A DNA stretch of 64,000 nucleotides from a virus, in IMG/VR virus record IMGVR_UViG_3300022538_000472, positions 35,139 through 99,138 of that record; one strand, 5' to 3'. Made by a program: the position numbers and the translations under genes. Each line of letters opens with the position of its first letter. Positions within the stretch are counted from its first letter, which is position 1. The notes beneath the pieces are model-generated. The model saw only the letters and a program-made list of their open reading frames with translations, was not told the origin of the DNA and searched no databases. This document shows, in pieces, positions 18,743-27,953 of the stretch.

Positions 18743-18753
18743 GGCAAATCACC

Positions 18754-19107
18754 TCACTCGCCTTGTATCGTGCCTACAATCTCGAACTCCCCAACATGTG
18801 AATGTGGCTCAGTTCTACCGATTGCTTGGCACTCTTCACACCACTTGTATCCCAGGTGTGTCTCACCACAGATTTTACCACCGAAGGATTTGCCACATCC
18901 GTGTATTGAGATAGGAAAATCAAGCCAAGACTGTTCCTCTAGGTGTTCTTTAGTGCAATCACAGCAGTACCAAAAGCCCAAATCTCGCGGGCAGGCTCTC
19001 TTTGGCGCTCTGATATGTGTGACGTCTGGGAAAGTCTCTGTGACTACTTCCTCTTCACGTTCGTCAATCCACGGTCCGAATACTTGTATCATCTTCATCT
19101 TCCTCAC
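18754..19107 (-). CDS. Cys-rich hypothetical protein whose N-terminus copies the DegT N-terminus
   Basis: MIQVFGPWIDERE versus MIQVFKPWIDERE in DegT. Several CxxC motifs. Confidence 0.5.
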   Translation of the reverse strand: MRKMKMIQVFGPWIDEREEEVVTETFPDVTHIRAPKRACPRDLGFWYCCDCTKEHLEEQSWLDFPISIHGCGKSFGGKICGETHLGYKWCEECQAIGRTEPHSHVGEFEIVGTIQGE

Positions 19108-19303
19108 TTCTCAGAATTGCAAAGGTAGTATACTCACTATCATTCCAAGCAAGCATCTTGCCACTGTAAAGTGCCTCAATATGTTCATGCGTCAGTTGCA
19201 CGACATCTGACCCACATCTATGTCCATACTTGTCAGCGGCTTCCTTAGTTGCCTCGATCACCTTGACACTATCGTTCGGGTCTGTCCAGAATGGAATCTT
19301 CAT
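19064..19303 (-). CDS. Hypothetical protein
   Basis: 79-aa ORF coupled in the operon. Confidence 0.5.
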   Translation of the reverse strand: MKIPFWTDPNDSVKVIEATKEAADKYGHRCGSDVVQLTHEHIEALYSGKMLAWNDSEYTTFAILRSEEDEDDTSIRTVD

Positions 19304-19306
19304 ACC

Positions 19307-20143
19307 TCATCTCCCTATCAGATAATAATGCGCCCTCAGATGCTTTACACGCCATTTAGTCCAGTCACGGTCGTATCTTCGCGCAAACTCATCGAAGTAG
19401 GCAATGTTATCAATACCTAGCATGCTCCGATGGTACGCCAAGAGAAACGTTGGGAATTCTGCCACTAGTCGTTCAATCTCCCTTCTCAAAGGCATGTCAA
19501 CTTCACACAGTGACCAAATGGCAATGAACAATGATTCGCGTGGGACTTGCTCCAGGAGAACTTTCAATGAGGGAATATCTGTAGCCAATTTGACAGCGCC
19601 TAGTCCCACAGTCCCAAGGTAGTACTCCTGTAAAAGCGAGAGAACTGGTAAGTCATAGATAACATACTGCCCCTGAAAACCCAGTTCGTGAGCAATCCGA
19701 CATAGACACCCATACCCGCCGCCGAACTCAAAGATGAACTGGAGGTCATGTATCCGTTTCCTGGTGACCAATTCAAATTGCAGCAGATGGTACGCCTGGT
19801 GGATTGCGTTTGGACTGGTCTCTCCATGGTGGACGTAGGGTACTGGCTTCCCAACTGGGACTTCATGAATCGCAGGACGCCAGCGGGATTGCCAGTCGGA
19901 GCGCTCTTGTAGTGCGGTGAATTCATGATGGAACCGTGGCGCATTTCGTGGGGCCATCGTGCCCTCAATTCTAGTGCCTTGCAGAAACTCATCCAGGTTA
20001 CAATCCAAGAGTTCTTGACGGATTTGATTCTGGTAATGATACCAGTATGCTGCCTCATCTGAGAGACCGTCTAGGTCAGAATGAGGGAGCCGCCTCAGTG
20101 CCTCCAGAGTTGTTTCACGGAAGTCGCCTTTCACCATGCCCAC
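19307..20143 (-). CDS. Putative sugar O-methyltransferase
   Basis: FEFGGGYGCLCR SAM motif, YVIYDLP and FIAIWSLCE. Confidence 0.8.
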   Translation of the reverse strand: MGMVKGDFRETTLEALRRLPHSDLDGLSDEAAYWYHYQNQIRQELLDCNLDEFLQGTRIEGTMAPRNAPRFHHEFTALQERSDWQSRWRPAIHEVPVGKPVPYVHHGETSPNAIHQAYHLLQFELVTRKRIHDLQFIFEFGGGYGCLCRIAHELGFQGQYVIYDLPVLSLLQEYYLGTVGLGAVKLATDIPSLKVLLEQVPRESLFIAIWSLCEVDMPLRREIERLVAEFPTFLLAYHRSMLGIDNIAYFDEFARRYDRDWTKWRVKHLRAHYYLIGR

Positions 20144-20880
20144 TCCTCTGGCGGTCTAAGTGTCTTCCAATCCACCGGCATCAAAATCGTCTCCGTTGGT
20201 TTATCTGCTCTCACTGGCACGTCGCCACAGTGGAAGCAGAACGTATCAGTCAGGTAACCGATCTTGAGTCCCACTTCACGCGCCCGTCCGCATCGCTGCG
20301 AGTCAGGGAAATAACCACCACCTCTGATGTTCTGCCCCTTGTGCGTTTTATGCTGCCAGCCTGTCAATACGCGGCGCTGTACACACTGAAAGTGACCTGG
20401 CAATGCCTTGCACTCTGTGATCGGCCCGACCCTGCGAATTGCACCCCGCGCCCCGCCTTGGTCTACCCGCTCATAATTCTTGCCAGGGCTGTTGAGCGCC
20501 ACGATGCCAAATTCTCTGTGGCTGCGCATTGCGTCAAGAAGCCGCCGTAGCCAGTCGGGGTTTACATCAGGACACAATATGTCGTCGTCGGTAAACACGA
20601 TTGGATCAGAACGCGACATCTCAAAGCCAAGATTGAGATTCGCTCGCTGGCCCCAGCGTTCATTTCTGAAGACAAGTTTGTGGATTTTACCACTTGCCTC
20701 GAGTCCTTGCAGAAGTCCACGCACACCAGTTCCTGGCTCTGAGGCATCGTCAATCACAATTAAGTGATATGGCGTGCGGGTGCGCTCGTTTAGGAACTTG
20801 ATGCATTTCTCTACATAGTCACGCCGCACCTGGCGGTCTCTGGTCGTGCGAGTGGTCACGATGATGTCAATCGGTCTCAC
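20131..20880 (-). CDS. GT2 glycosyltransferase
   Basis: IDIIVTT, LIVIDDASE and IVFTDDDILCP. Confidence 0.85.
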   Translation of the reverse strand: MRPIDIIVTTRTTRDRQVRRDYVEKCIKFLNERTRTPYHLIVIDDASEPGTGVRGLLQGLEASGKIHKLVFRNERWGQRANLNLGFEMSRSDPIVFTDDDILCPDVNPDWLRRLLDAMRSHREFGIVALNSPGKNYERVDQGGARGAIRRVGPITECKALPGHFQCVQRRVLTGWQHKTHKGQNIRGGGYFPDSQRCGRAREVGLKIGYLTDTFCFHCGDVPVRADKPTETILMPVDWKTLRPPEEWAW

Positions 20881-21920
20881 TGTCCCGCCTCTCTGAGACT
20901 CAGAATCTCAGACACCCGCACATCCCAGGTGTGCTTTTGTCTTACGATCTCTGAGCCACGTTGAGCAATCTCATTCCTCTGATCCTCATTTTCCAGATAA
21001 TATCGCACTTTCTCGACCGCTTCACTCCTAGTCGTGAACCACTGTAGGTGCTCACACCGGGTAAAGACAGTTTCAAGACCAGGGAAATAGCGTATCAACA
21101 GGAATGCGCCACTCGCCATCGTGTTGAATATGCGCCGCCAGGAGGCATACATCCTGACATTTGCATTCAGGCTGAGTGCAATCTTAGCGCGTGAACAGGC
21201 CCAGGCAAGACCGTCGCCATCGGTGAATCTGTGAAAATGCACTTGCTTCAATCCACGCATCTTTGTCCAGTTTCCACCGAAGACATGGACGTTCAGGTCA
21301 ATTTGAGCGAGAGTACTGAGCAATTCCGCCCGCTCGCAGCCTCCCTCTCGGATGGGACGACCCATGAAGACTATGTCAAAGTCTCGCTTTTCAACCTTGC
21401 GTGGATAGTACACTGAAGGATCAGTCCCAGTCCACCAGAAGCCAACACGCTGACAGCCTGCCTCTTTGTGCATCGTTACTATGTCGAGGTCTTGGTGACA
21501 TAGCAGTGTCCAGTCTGCTATCCCGCCAATATCCACAACCCAGGGCTTAGGTTTGCGTGAGAAGTCGCCATAGTAATGCACGACAAATGCGTCAGTCTTT
21601 GCCTTGATGCGCTTCACTGTTTCGCCATCCAGATACTCACACTTGCCAAGATGTACTAAGTCAGGCTTGTACCAAGCCGCAACCTTCACCAAGTCGTCGC
21701 GCATGGATTGTAAGCCACACGCGACCAGTTCCTTCCATTCTGGACACTCCCAGATTTCGGGCCTCGACCAGGGCGCTTTAGTCTCGTGCGTCTTGGCACG
21801 GTAGTCATAAGTGTACAACTCACCGGCGCGGCGATAGGCGGCTGCCAGGCCCTGGGTATTGGCCCAGGCTGCTAGGGTGGAGAAGGCATCCACATAAAGA
21901 ATTCTAAGAGAATCCGGCAT
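20877..21920 (-). CDS. CgeB/YkvP-like GT-B glycosyltransferase
   Basis: FDIVFMG, SRAKIALSLN, RIFNTMASGAFLL and IAQRGSEIVRQKHTW. Confidence 0.8.
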   Translation of the reverse strand: MPDSLRILYVDAFSTLAAWANTQGLAAAYRRAGELYTYDYRAKTHETKAPWSRPEIWECPEWKELVACGLQSMRDDLVKVAAWYKPDLVHLGKCEYLDGETVKRIKAKTDAFVVHYYGDFSRKPKPWVVDIGGIADWTLLCHQDLDIVTMHKEAGCQRVGFWWTGTDPSVYYPRKVEKRDFDIVFMGRPIREGGCERAELLSTLAQIDLNVHVFGGNWTKMRGLKQVHFHRFTDGDGLAWACSRAKIALSLNANVRMYASWRRIFNTMASGAFLLIRYFPGLETVFTRCEHLQWFTTRSEAVEKVRYYLENEDQRNEIAQRGSEIVRQKHTWDVRVSEILSLREAGQ

Positions 21921-22881
21921 ATTCCAGCATCTTCCTTATTCTGCAATCCCAGGTGTGATTCCTGAGCACTTCCTCACGTCCCTGTCTACCAATCTTATCT
22001 CGTTCACCAGGATGGTTCTGATAGTAGTGCACCTTGTCCACTGCCTCTGGAATGGACTTAAACCAATCCAAGTGAACACCTCGCTTGAATATCTTCTCTA
22101 ATCCAGTGAAGTACCGTGTCAGAAAAAAGACACCACATACCATAGAGTTGAGCATGCGGGGCCAGGAGGTGTAACCTGGCACATTATGCGCACCATAACC
22201 CAGCGCAATCTCGGCACGGGAGCACGCCATTGAGAAACCCTCACTGCCAACATAGCGATGGTGAAAGACCCGTGCATGTTTGACCTTGTCCCAGCCTCTG
22301 CCAAAGACATTGACTCGATATCGCCTTGCTAATGCCTCCACCAACTCTTTGCGCCCAGCATACCACTCAAATTGTGCCGGGTTTCCCAACGTGCCCATGA
22401 AGACTACTGACAGATCGCGGCTCTTGACTTTGTGTGACCTATAGATCTCGGAGTCGGTTCCGGCGGGCCAGTAGCCGATGCTTTTACAACCCGCTTTCTT
22501 GTAGGCTTTGACCAATGGCCCGCCGTCAATTTGCATCACAGTGCGATCACAGGCGCGGCCTATATCCACGACCCAGGGGATGACATTGGGACGGTAGTCA
22601 CCGAAGAAGTGAATGATCTTGACTTTAGGGACGGCATTCCTTATGCCTATAATTGACCACCCCTTGATACTCTCACACTTGCCAAGGTGAACAAAGTCGG
22701 GCTTGAACTCAGCAGCAGTCTGCATAAGACTGCGGTTCATTCGTTCACCACCATGCTGCTTTGCCAGGGTTCTGTAGTCGAAGGTGCGAACTTGGGCCAC
22801 CTTGCTGTAGGCTTTTGTCATGCCTGCGACGTTGGCTATGGCGTTTGGTGCTTTGAGCGCGTCTACGTAGAGAACTTTCAC
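21904..22881 (-). CDS. CgeB/YkvP-like GT-B glycosyltransferase (tandem paralog)
   Basis: Shares HLGKCE, PWVVDIG, VFMG and HTWD with the adjacent gene. Confidence 0.8.
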   Translation of the reverse strand: MKVLYVDALKAPNAIANVAGMTKAYSKVAQVRTFDYRTLAKQHGGERMNRSLMQTAAEFKPDFVHLGKCESIKGWSIIGIRNAVPKVKIIHFFGDYRPNVIPWVVDIGRACDRTVMQIDGGPLVKAYKKAGCKSIGYWPAGTDSEIYRSHKVKSRDLSVVFMGTLGNPAQFEWYAGRKELVEALARRYRVNVFGRGWDKVKHARVFHHRYVGSEGFSMACSRAEIALGYGAHNVPGYTSWPRMLNSMVCGVFFLTRYFTGLEKIFKRGVHLDWFKSIPEAVDKVHYYQNHPGERDKIGRQGREEVLRNHTWDCRIRKMLEYAGFS

Positions 22882-23408
22882 TTTTTCACTGCCTCACAGA
22901 CGATATCACCGTTCGGTCTATACTCAATACCTTTATTCTGCCTGGTCTTGGTCACTTCACACTGTACAATTCTAAACCCAAACCGAGGAAGGATGCGCCG
23001 AAGCCGTTCTACTGAAAAGCCAGTGCGGGTGAGGAAGCCGGGGCCACCAGTCTGGTGTCCGAAGATATTCAGCAGGCCCCAAGCGCCCTTACCGCTGCCG
23101 TCCTTGCCGTAGCGATAGTCGTCGCCACGCTCGACAAACTCACGGGCATAGATCTCGAAATTGGGACAGCGGATGACCAGCTTGCCGCCGGGCTTTAGGA
23201 CTCTGTGCCATTCGCGCAGTGCTGCCTCAAACTCGTGTGGCGGAAGGTGCTCGACCATGTGGGAGGAGAATACTTCCTCTATGCTGTTATTGGCGTACAT
23301 TGGGAGTTCGTGCGCCGCTGCTTTTACGTCAGCTTTTGATTCGTACTTATCCACTGAGACATAGCCAGGCTTGCGAACTACGCCGCTTCCGATGTTGAGT
23401 TTGGTCAT
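22878..23408 (-). CDS. Class I SAM methyltransferase (type 11)
   Basis: LNIGSG, SSHMVEHL and EWHRVLKPGG. Confidence 0.85.
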   Translation of the reverse strand: MTKLNIGSGVVRKPGYVSVDKYESKADVKAAAHELPMYANNSIEEVFSSHMVEHLPPHEFEAALREWHRVLKPGGKLVIRCPNFEIYAREFVERGDDYRYGKDGSGKGAWGLLNIFGHQTGGPGFLTRTGFSVERLRRILPRFGFRIVQCEVTKTRQNKGIEYRPNGDIVCEAVKK

Positions 23409-23411
23409 TGT

Positions 23412-24011
23412 CTAACTCCATTGGTCCTCCACATACTTCCTGGCCTCCCTCCTCATGTGACCAGGAATTCTTACACCTGAAGCTATATATCCAATGAAGT
23501 TGGTGGCTTTCTCCGCTGGGTAAATGTTGACAGGTCCAGCAACGTAACCTAGAACAGATATATTTCTGGCAGTTATTTCCTCGTCCCCATTCTCGTAAAC
23601 ACACACCAGACACACCTCGGTCAAGGCAAATGCCACAAGGGGTTCGACGCGAGCATATCTACGATCATCTTCGTGATACTCGGCATATACAGACTGCCAA
23701 CCACTGGCCGGAATCATACTCAGTGGCTTGTAGGTTCTGTCAAAACGACTTACCTTTGTGGGAATTCCCTTTCGTTCACTCTTGGCATAATCATCGTATA
23801 CTCTTGCAGTGATATAATAATCCAAGATGTCCTTATTCATGTCAATATCTATTCGTAGCGGAAATCCAGCATCGAGACTAACTTCCTTAAAGACATAATA
23901 AGCTAGATCCGTAAAGAGTTTCGCGAAACTCTGCTCGAATCGCTGTCTGCCCTCATCTACAGAACAGGCAGTGTCAAAGTTCTCTTGACGTACAACTATG
24001 GGTTTCACCAT
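23412..24011 (-). CDS. Hypothetical protein
   Basis: 199-aa ORF coupled to its neighbours. Confidence 0.55.
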   Translation of the reverse strand: MVKPIVVRQENFDTACSVDEGRQRFEQSFAKLFTDLAYYVFKEVSLDAGFPLRIDIDMNKDILDYYITARVYDDYAKSERKGIPTKVSRFDRTYKPLSMIPASGWQSVYAEYHEDDRRYARVEPLVAFALTEVCLVCVYENGDEEITARNISVLGYVAGPVNIYPAEKATNFIGYIASGVRIPGHMRREARKYVEDQWS

Positions 24012-24247
24012 GGTGCCTCCTCATTGAACACTTCCTCATCCAGCGCCAAGAAACTTGGTTCTTTCTCTTTCTCCCAATCAAGATACTTTTTGAAGAATGC
24101 AAGGAGAACCTCTCCAAGAATCTCTTCCTCTATCGTAAAAGCAGGCGGAACCAATCTCTTACAGTGGAGAAAGCTCTGACGAAGCGACCGCATCCGAGAT
24201 TCTAGCCACTTCAGTTCGGACAATTTTAGACTTACTAATGCTTCCAC
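24005..24247 (-). CDS. Hypothetical protein, paralog of 17009-17248
   Basis: Clear similarity to the 17-kb ORF. AAGGAGG RBS. Confidence 0.75.
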   Translation of the reverse strand: MEALVSLKLSELKWLESRMRSLRQSFLHCKRLVPPAFTIEEEILGEVLLAFFKKYLDWEKEKEPSFLALDEEVFNEEAPW

Positions 24248-24324
24248 TTTACCTCCTTATAATGGGCTTGAATTAACAAGCCTCCACCTACCACGGCTAT
24301 CGAGTTACTTATGGCCAAGTTAAC

Positions 24325-24423
24325 GGCGCGGGGCTGGATTTGAACCAGCCTCTTTTACCCCATACCTGGGAATCGAACCCAGTGGTAAATGAGCTCATCT
24401 ACCAGTGCCCAGACGCCCGCGCC
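24325..24423 (-). ncRNA. Double-T-loop structured RNA, copy 1
   Basis: 8-bp closing stem GGCGCGGG/CCCGCGCC, a 22-nt hairpin, CTGGG-TTCGATT-CCCAG, linker GTATGGGGTAAAAGAG, and GCTGG-TTCAAAT-CCAGC. Architecture is identical to 38893-38991. Confidence 0.75.
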
Positions 24424-24435
24424 ATGTTGGATATT

Positions 24436-24507
24436 TGATTCGTACTTATCCACTGAGACGTAGCCGGGCTTGCGGACTATGCCGCTGCCGATGTTTAGTT
24501 TGGCCAT
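24436..24507 (-). pseudogene. Duplicated 5' fragment of the methyltransferase at 22878-23408
   Basis: MAKLNIGSGIVRKPGYVSVDKYES versus MTKLNIGSGVVRKPGYVSVDKYES (22/24 aa). Homology stops about 12 nt before the ncRNA. Confidence 0.8.
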
Positions 24508-24704
24508 GTAATCTTTGCTCCATTGAGCTTCAAGAAGATTAGACACGAGCCCCAGCCCAACAACATCGTGATTGCATTATGAACTACCCTAGTTCCTATG
24601 CTGCCAGATGTCTCAATCCCTAAAACACTGGCTGAGACTGCATAAACAATAGCAAAAATCAACGCGGCAGCAACATAGACTATGACCTTGAGTAGCCGAT
24701 TCAT
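24495..24704 (-). CDS. Small two-TM membrane protein
   Basis: Hydrophobic 69 aa with a GGGAGG RBS before ATG 24704. Confidence 0.55.
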   Translation of the reverse strand: MNRLLKVIVYVAAALIFAIVYAVSASVLGIETSGSIGTRVVHNAITMLLGWGSCLIFLKLNGAKITWPN

Positions 24705-25318
24705 CGGTAGTATCCCTCCCCTAATCGTTTCTTGTACAGTGCCTGGTCGTGCTTCATCCAGTCTACCATTCTGCGCCCAGGATGGCAACCCCAGTGATTG
24801 ATCCACACATCACGCACCCAGACCAATTTCCATCCCTTTTGTGCTGCTCTCAAATTCCAATCATTATCACAGCCATAGTGGAAAAAGGCTTCGTCAAATA
24901 TGCCAATGTCCAGCAGTGCCTCTCGTTTGTGCACAACGCAGAAATGCGAGAGATGTTTCACAACTCGACGACCTCTTGGTGCTCCCTTGACTGCCTTATT
25001 CTGCGGAGCCGTCGCGCAGTGACCGCCAGGAGCAACGCAGCAATAGCGCGGGTCACTATCGAGTACCTCTATGAGCCGTTCAAGCCAGCCATGTTGCTCT
25101 ATGTCCACGTCGTCGTTGATATAGCAGATATATGGTGTGTCCTGCGCCAGTGCCCAGCGCAGGCCAACGTTGGCTGAACGCGCACCACCGACCTTCTTCG
25201 TGTCATGTATCACTTTGTGGACACATTGAATCTTAGTATGTCTCATTGCCAATTGACAGGCGCGTTCAGCAACCTTCGGCTCTAGTGTGGGCGTTGTGAG
25301 AGCGACTTTTGGGGTCAT
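24701..25318 (-). CDS. GT2 glycosyltransferase
   Basis: PYICYINDDV and IGIFDEAFFHYGCDNDW. Confidence 0.85.
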   Translation of the reverse strand: MTPKVALTTPTLEPKVAERACQLAMRHTKIQCVHKVIHDTKKVGGARSANVGLRWALAQDTPYICYINDDVDIEQHGWLERLIEVLDSDPRYCCVAPGGHCATAPQNKAVKGAPRGRRVVKHLSHFCVVHKREALLDIGIFDEAFFHYGCDNDWNLRAAQKGWKLVWVRDVWINHWGCHPGRRMVDWMKHDQALYKKRLGEGYYR

Positions 25319-26085
25319 TGCTTCTCCTTCACTTCCTCGGCAATCTCGCTCAGGAACTTAAACTCGACCTTCTCGAAAGACCTAACTGTTCTAACGATAT
25401 TATCAAATGTGTCTTGTGTCAAGTTATTCCTGCACAGGCTGACCAGGTGTCCCCTGTGCAGATAGTACCTCCGAGAGTCCAACAAGAGCCGCTTGAATGG
25501 CTTGACCAGATGATACTCCTCATTTTCTCTGATGTCGCTGTTCGGGAACAGTCTTGGAATCTCAATACCTCTATGCGCCTCGTAAAACTCTGGATTGTCT
25601 GAGAGATATAGGTAGTCTAGCTCTTCCAACGCTTGTGCAGTGCCTCGGCTCATCTCCCATCGTGGCGGGCGGAAGCCCTTCGTGCATCGAATCCCAGCTT
25701 TCCCAAACGCCTCTTCGCACTTCAGAAGCAACTCAATCGCTCCGCTCTGCGTCAGATGCTTGAACTCGGGCGTGCCTGCCGCATCGTCATGATGATGATA
25801 ATATCCATGAACGGAGAACTCAAAATTCTCTGCTGGAAGTTGTGCAACTTCCTGGCACCACTCTGGATGGTCGAGAATGTTGTTTTTGCCCTCGCCCCGG
25901 TCCCTGCTGTCGACGGGCATAAACACCGTGATCCTAATCTCTGGGAGAATCTGAGTCAAATCCTCCAAAAGCGCAAAATCTCGATAGCACGGCAAGAGAT
26001 CGTCAAGACTCAGGTTATAGCGGCGGATGGCTCCGCTCATAATGGACATGCCCCCAACTCTGAGCCTTTGCGGAGGGAACTTCAA
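25315..26085 (-). CDS. Polysaccharide deacetylase-like (NodB/DUF2334) protein
   Basis: LSLDD, ITVFMP, FSVHGYYH and GFRPPRW. Confidence 0.75.
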   Translation of the reverse strand: MKFPPQRLRVGGMSIMSGAIRRYNLSLDDLLPCYRDFALLEDLTQILPEIRITVFMPVDSRDRGEGKNNILDHPEWCQEVAQLPAENFEFSVHGYYHHHDDAAGTPEFKHLTQSGAIELLLKCEEAFGKAGIRCTKGFRPPRWEMSRGTAQALEELDYLYLSDNPEFYEAHRGIEIPRLFPNSDIRENEEYHLVKPFKRLLLDSRRYYLHRGHLVSLCRNNLTQDTFDNIVRTVRSFEKVEFKFLSEIAEEVKEKQ

Positions 26086-26611
26086 TCCCTATCAGGTCTT
26101 GCTCTGTGAACAGCTCAGGCTTCCGAGCAACAAGGTAAACCAATGACCGCCCTGGCGAATCTGTATGCAGGGCTTCAATCTTGAAGTCAGAGAAAATGGT
26201 CGCCAGGTCCGCTTTCGTGTACCGCCAGTAGTCGCGATAGTTGTTGCCATAGGTTCGATACTGCCAACGTGCACTGGTAGTAATGAAGATGATTCCTCCG
26301 CGTTTGCACACACACTTCAAGTTTGAGATTGCCTGACGCCAGTCTCTGACGTGAGATAGAGTACTGCAAGTGACAACAAAGTCAAAGGACTCTTCACCGT
26401 ACTTCTGAACGAGTTCGCAGACATCACAGAGTTCGTCCACGCAAGGTCCCTGCCTGATGTCCACTCCTGTATACTCCATTGGCCCCATTGGTTCAATCAC
26501 ATCACGGATCGTACCATTGATATTATAGGAACCAACCTCAAGGACACACTTGTCCCTGATGTCTGCACTATTGAGACATCTACGCGCAAAATCAAGGACA
26601 TTCTGATTCAT
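26015..26611 (-). CDS. Class I SAM methyltransferase
   Basis: VLEVGSYNING, YTGVDI and FDFVVTCSTLSHV. Confidence 0.85.
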   Translation of the reverse strand: MNQNVLDFARRCLNSADIRDKCVLEVGSYNINGTIRDVIEPMGPMEYTGVDIRQGPCVDELCDVCELVQKYGEESFDFVVTCSTLSHVRDWRQAISNLKCVCKRGGIIFITTSARWQYRTYGNNYRDYWRYTKADLATIFSDFKIEALHTDSPGRSLVYLVARKPELFTEQDLIGIEVPSAKAQSWGHVHYERSHPPL

Positions 26612-27309
26612 TTGTCATTGCCCCCCCAGACGAACTCTCCGACTAGTATTTCCAGGTCTAGTCCTTCACGCGAGACATACCTTTTGGCTGAACTAGTCCA
26701 CCTGCGTTTAACAACCGGGCCTTGCATCCAGTCAAGTGTTCCAGTCTGCACGTATTGGAAATGTCTGTTCTCCCTAACGCCAAGAAATCTATTGACCAAC
26801 GCCTCGCTTCGTTTGCTACCGGCATTCTCAAACTGCCAACAGTTCTCGCCATTCCTGAGCAGGCTAACGAGTGTCTCCACATGCCAGAAACTTGCCTGCA
26901 ATGCGGTGCGATATCTTGAGTCGTCTGCGAAGACATAGAGCCGGTCATCGCCAGTGAAAATGCCCTTGCTCGCCGTCGAGCCCACATTGAGCAGAATGTA
27001 GTCGGCTCCACCTCGCTGAATAATCGATGCAAATTCAATCAGCGCCGCAGTGTCGACTGGTCCCACGAGCCAATAGTCTTCCAGTAAAAAAAGGATGATC
27101 GGCGACTCTGTCTTCTCGAGACCCTTGCGGATAGTTTTCGTCCATCCCTCATCTTGGCCCACCTTTATCGTTTTTCCACACGGCGCGTCGAGAGAGTTGG
27201 TCACGAATTGCAGTGGCCACGGGCAATCCGGCCAATATCGGGACATTCCATGGCAAAAAGGCACCCAGACCTCGCTGTATCTGTCGCAAGAGGACACCAA
27301 CACCGTCAC
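26608..27309 (-). CDS. Putative GT-A glycosyltransferase
   Basis: VLVSSCDRYS..W.PF and ILFLLEDYW (EDY in place of DxD). Confidence 0.6.
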   Translation of the reverse strand: MTVLVSSCDRYSEVWVPFCHGMSRYWPDCPWPLQFVTNSLDAPCGKTIKVGQDEGWTKTIRKGLEKTESPIILFLLEDYWLVGPVDTAALIEFASIIQRGGADYILLNVGSTASKGIFTGDDRLYVFADDSRYRTALQASFWHVETLVSLLRNGENCWQFENAGSKRSEALVNRFLGVRENRHFQYVQTGTLDWMQGPVVKRRWTSSAKRYVSREGLDLEILVGEFVWGGNDK

Positions 27310-27310
27310 A

Positions 27311-27925
27311 TCAATCGTCCTTGATCTTCCAGCCCTCCCAGATGAATAGGAATCGAAAGATCAGATCGTGAGTCTTTTCCAGTCCCTGCTGAATTCTCGC
27401 CAGTTGCCACTCAGCATTTGGCATAAAGTCATGAAACTGAATCTGGATGTTCTTGATTCGTGGCATAAGTCCCGATTCAATCAGATGATCAAGAAGGTCA
27501 TATTCACCGCCTTCGATGTTGATTCCTAATAGGTCTATCATCTCGATTTGGCTCTCAAGGATAAAGTCAGACGCACACACCTCACGCGCATCCTTGGAGT
27601 CACCCGCCTTCCTGTAAAACGACGAACTATCCCGCATCACTGAGATTAGTCGCGTCTGGCTCACACGCCCCAGCCCGAAACTGTGGACGTGAATCTTCTC
27701 AATCCCGGCAAACCTTTGCTTCATCTCATCCGCAAACTCTAGCACAGGTTCAAAGACATGAATCGTACAGCCATATCGCGAAAAGATTCTGCCTGTCCAC
27801 TTTCCCAGATAGCCGCCGATCTCAAAGACTATGGAGTCAGCACTGAGGTCGTGATTGACTCTGAGCGAATCATCACCTTTGATCTCAGACCAGCGTTTTG
27901 CTGCTTTCTCCTTTTGAGCAATCAT
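27311..27925 (-). CDS. FkbM-family methyltransferase
   Basis: VFEIGGYLG, IHVFEPV, IDLLGINIEGGEY and IQIQFH. Confidence 0.85.
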   Translation of the reverse strand: MIAQKEKAAKRWSEIKGDDSLRVNHDLSADSIVFEIGGYLGKWTGRIFSRYGCTIHVFEPVLEFADEMKQRFAGIEKIHVHSFGLGRVSQTRLISVMRDSSSFYRKAGDSKDAREVCASDFILESQIEMIDLLGINIEGGEYDLLDHLIESGLMPRIKNIQIQFHDFMPNAEWQLARIQQGLEKTHDLIFRFLFIWEGWKIKDD

Positions 27926-27953
27926 CGTTCTCTGGTCCGAAATTGACAGCCTC

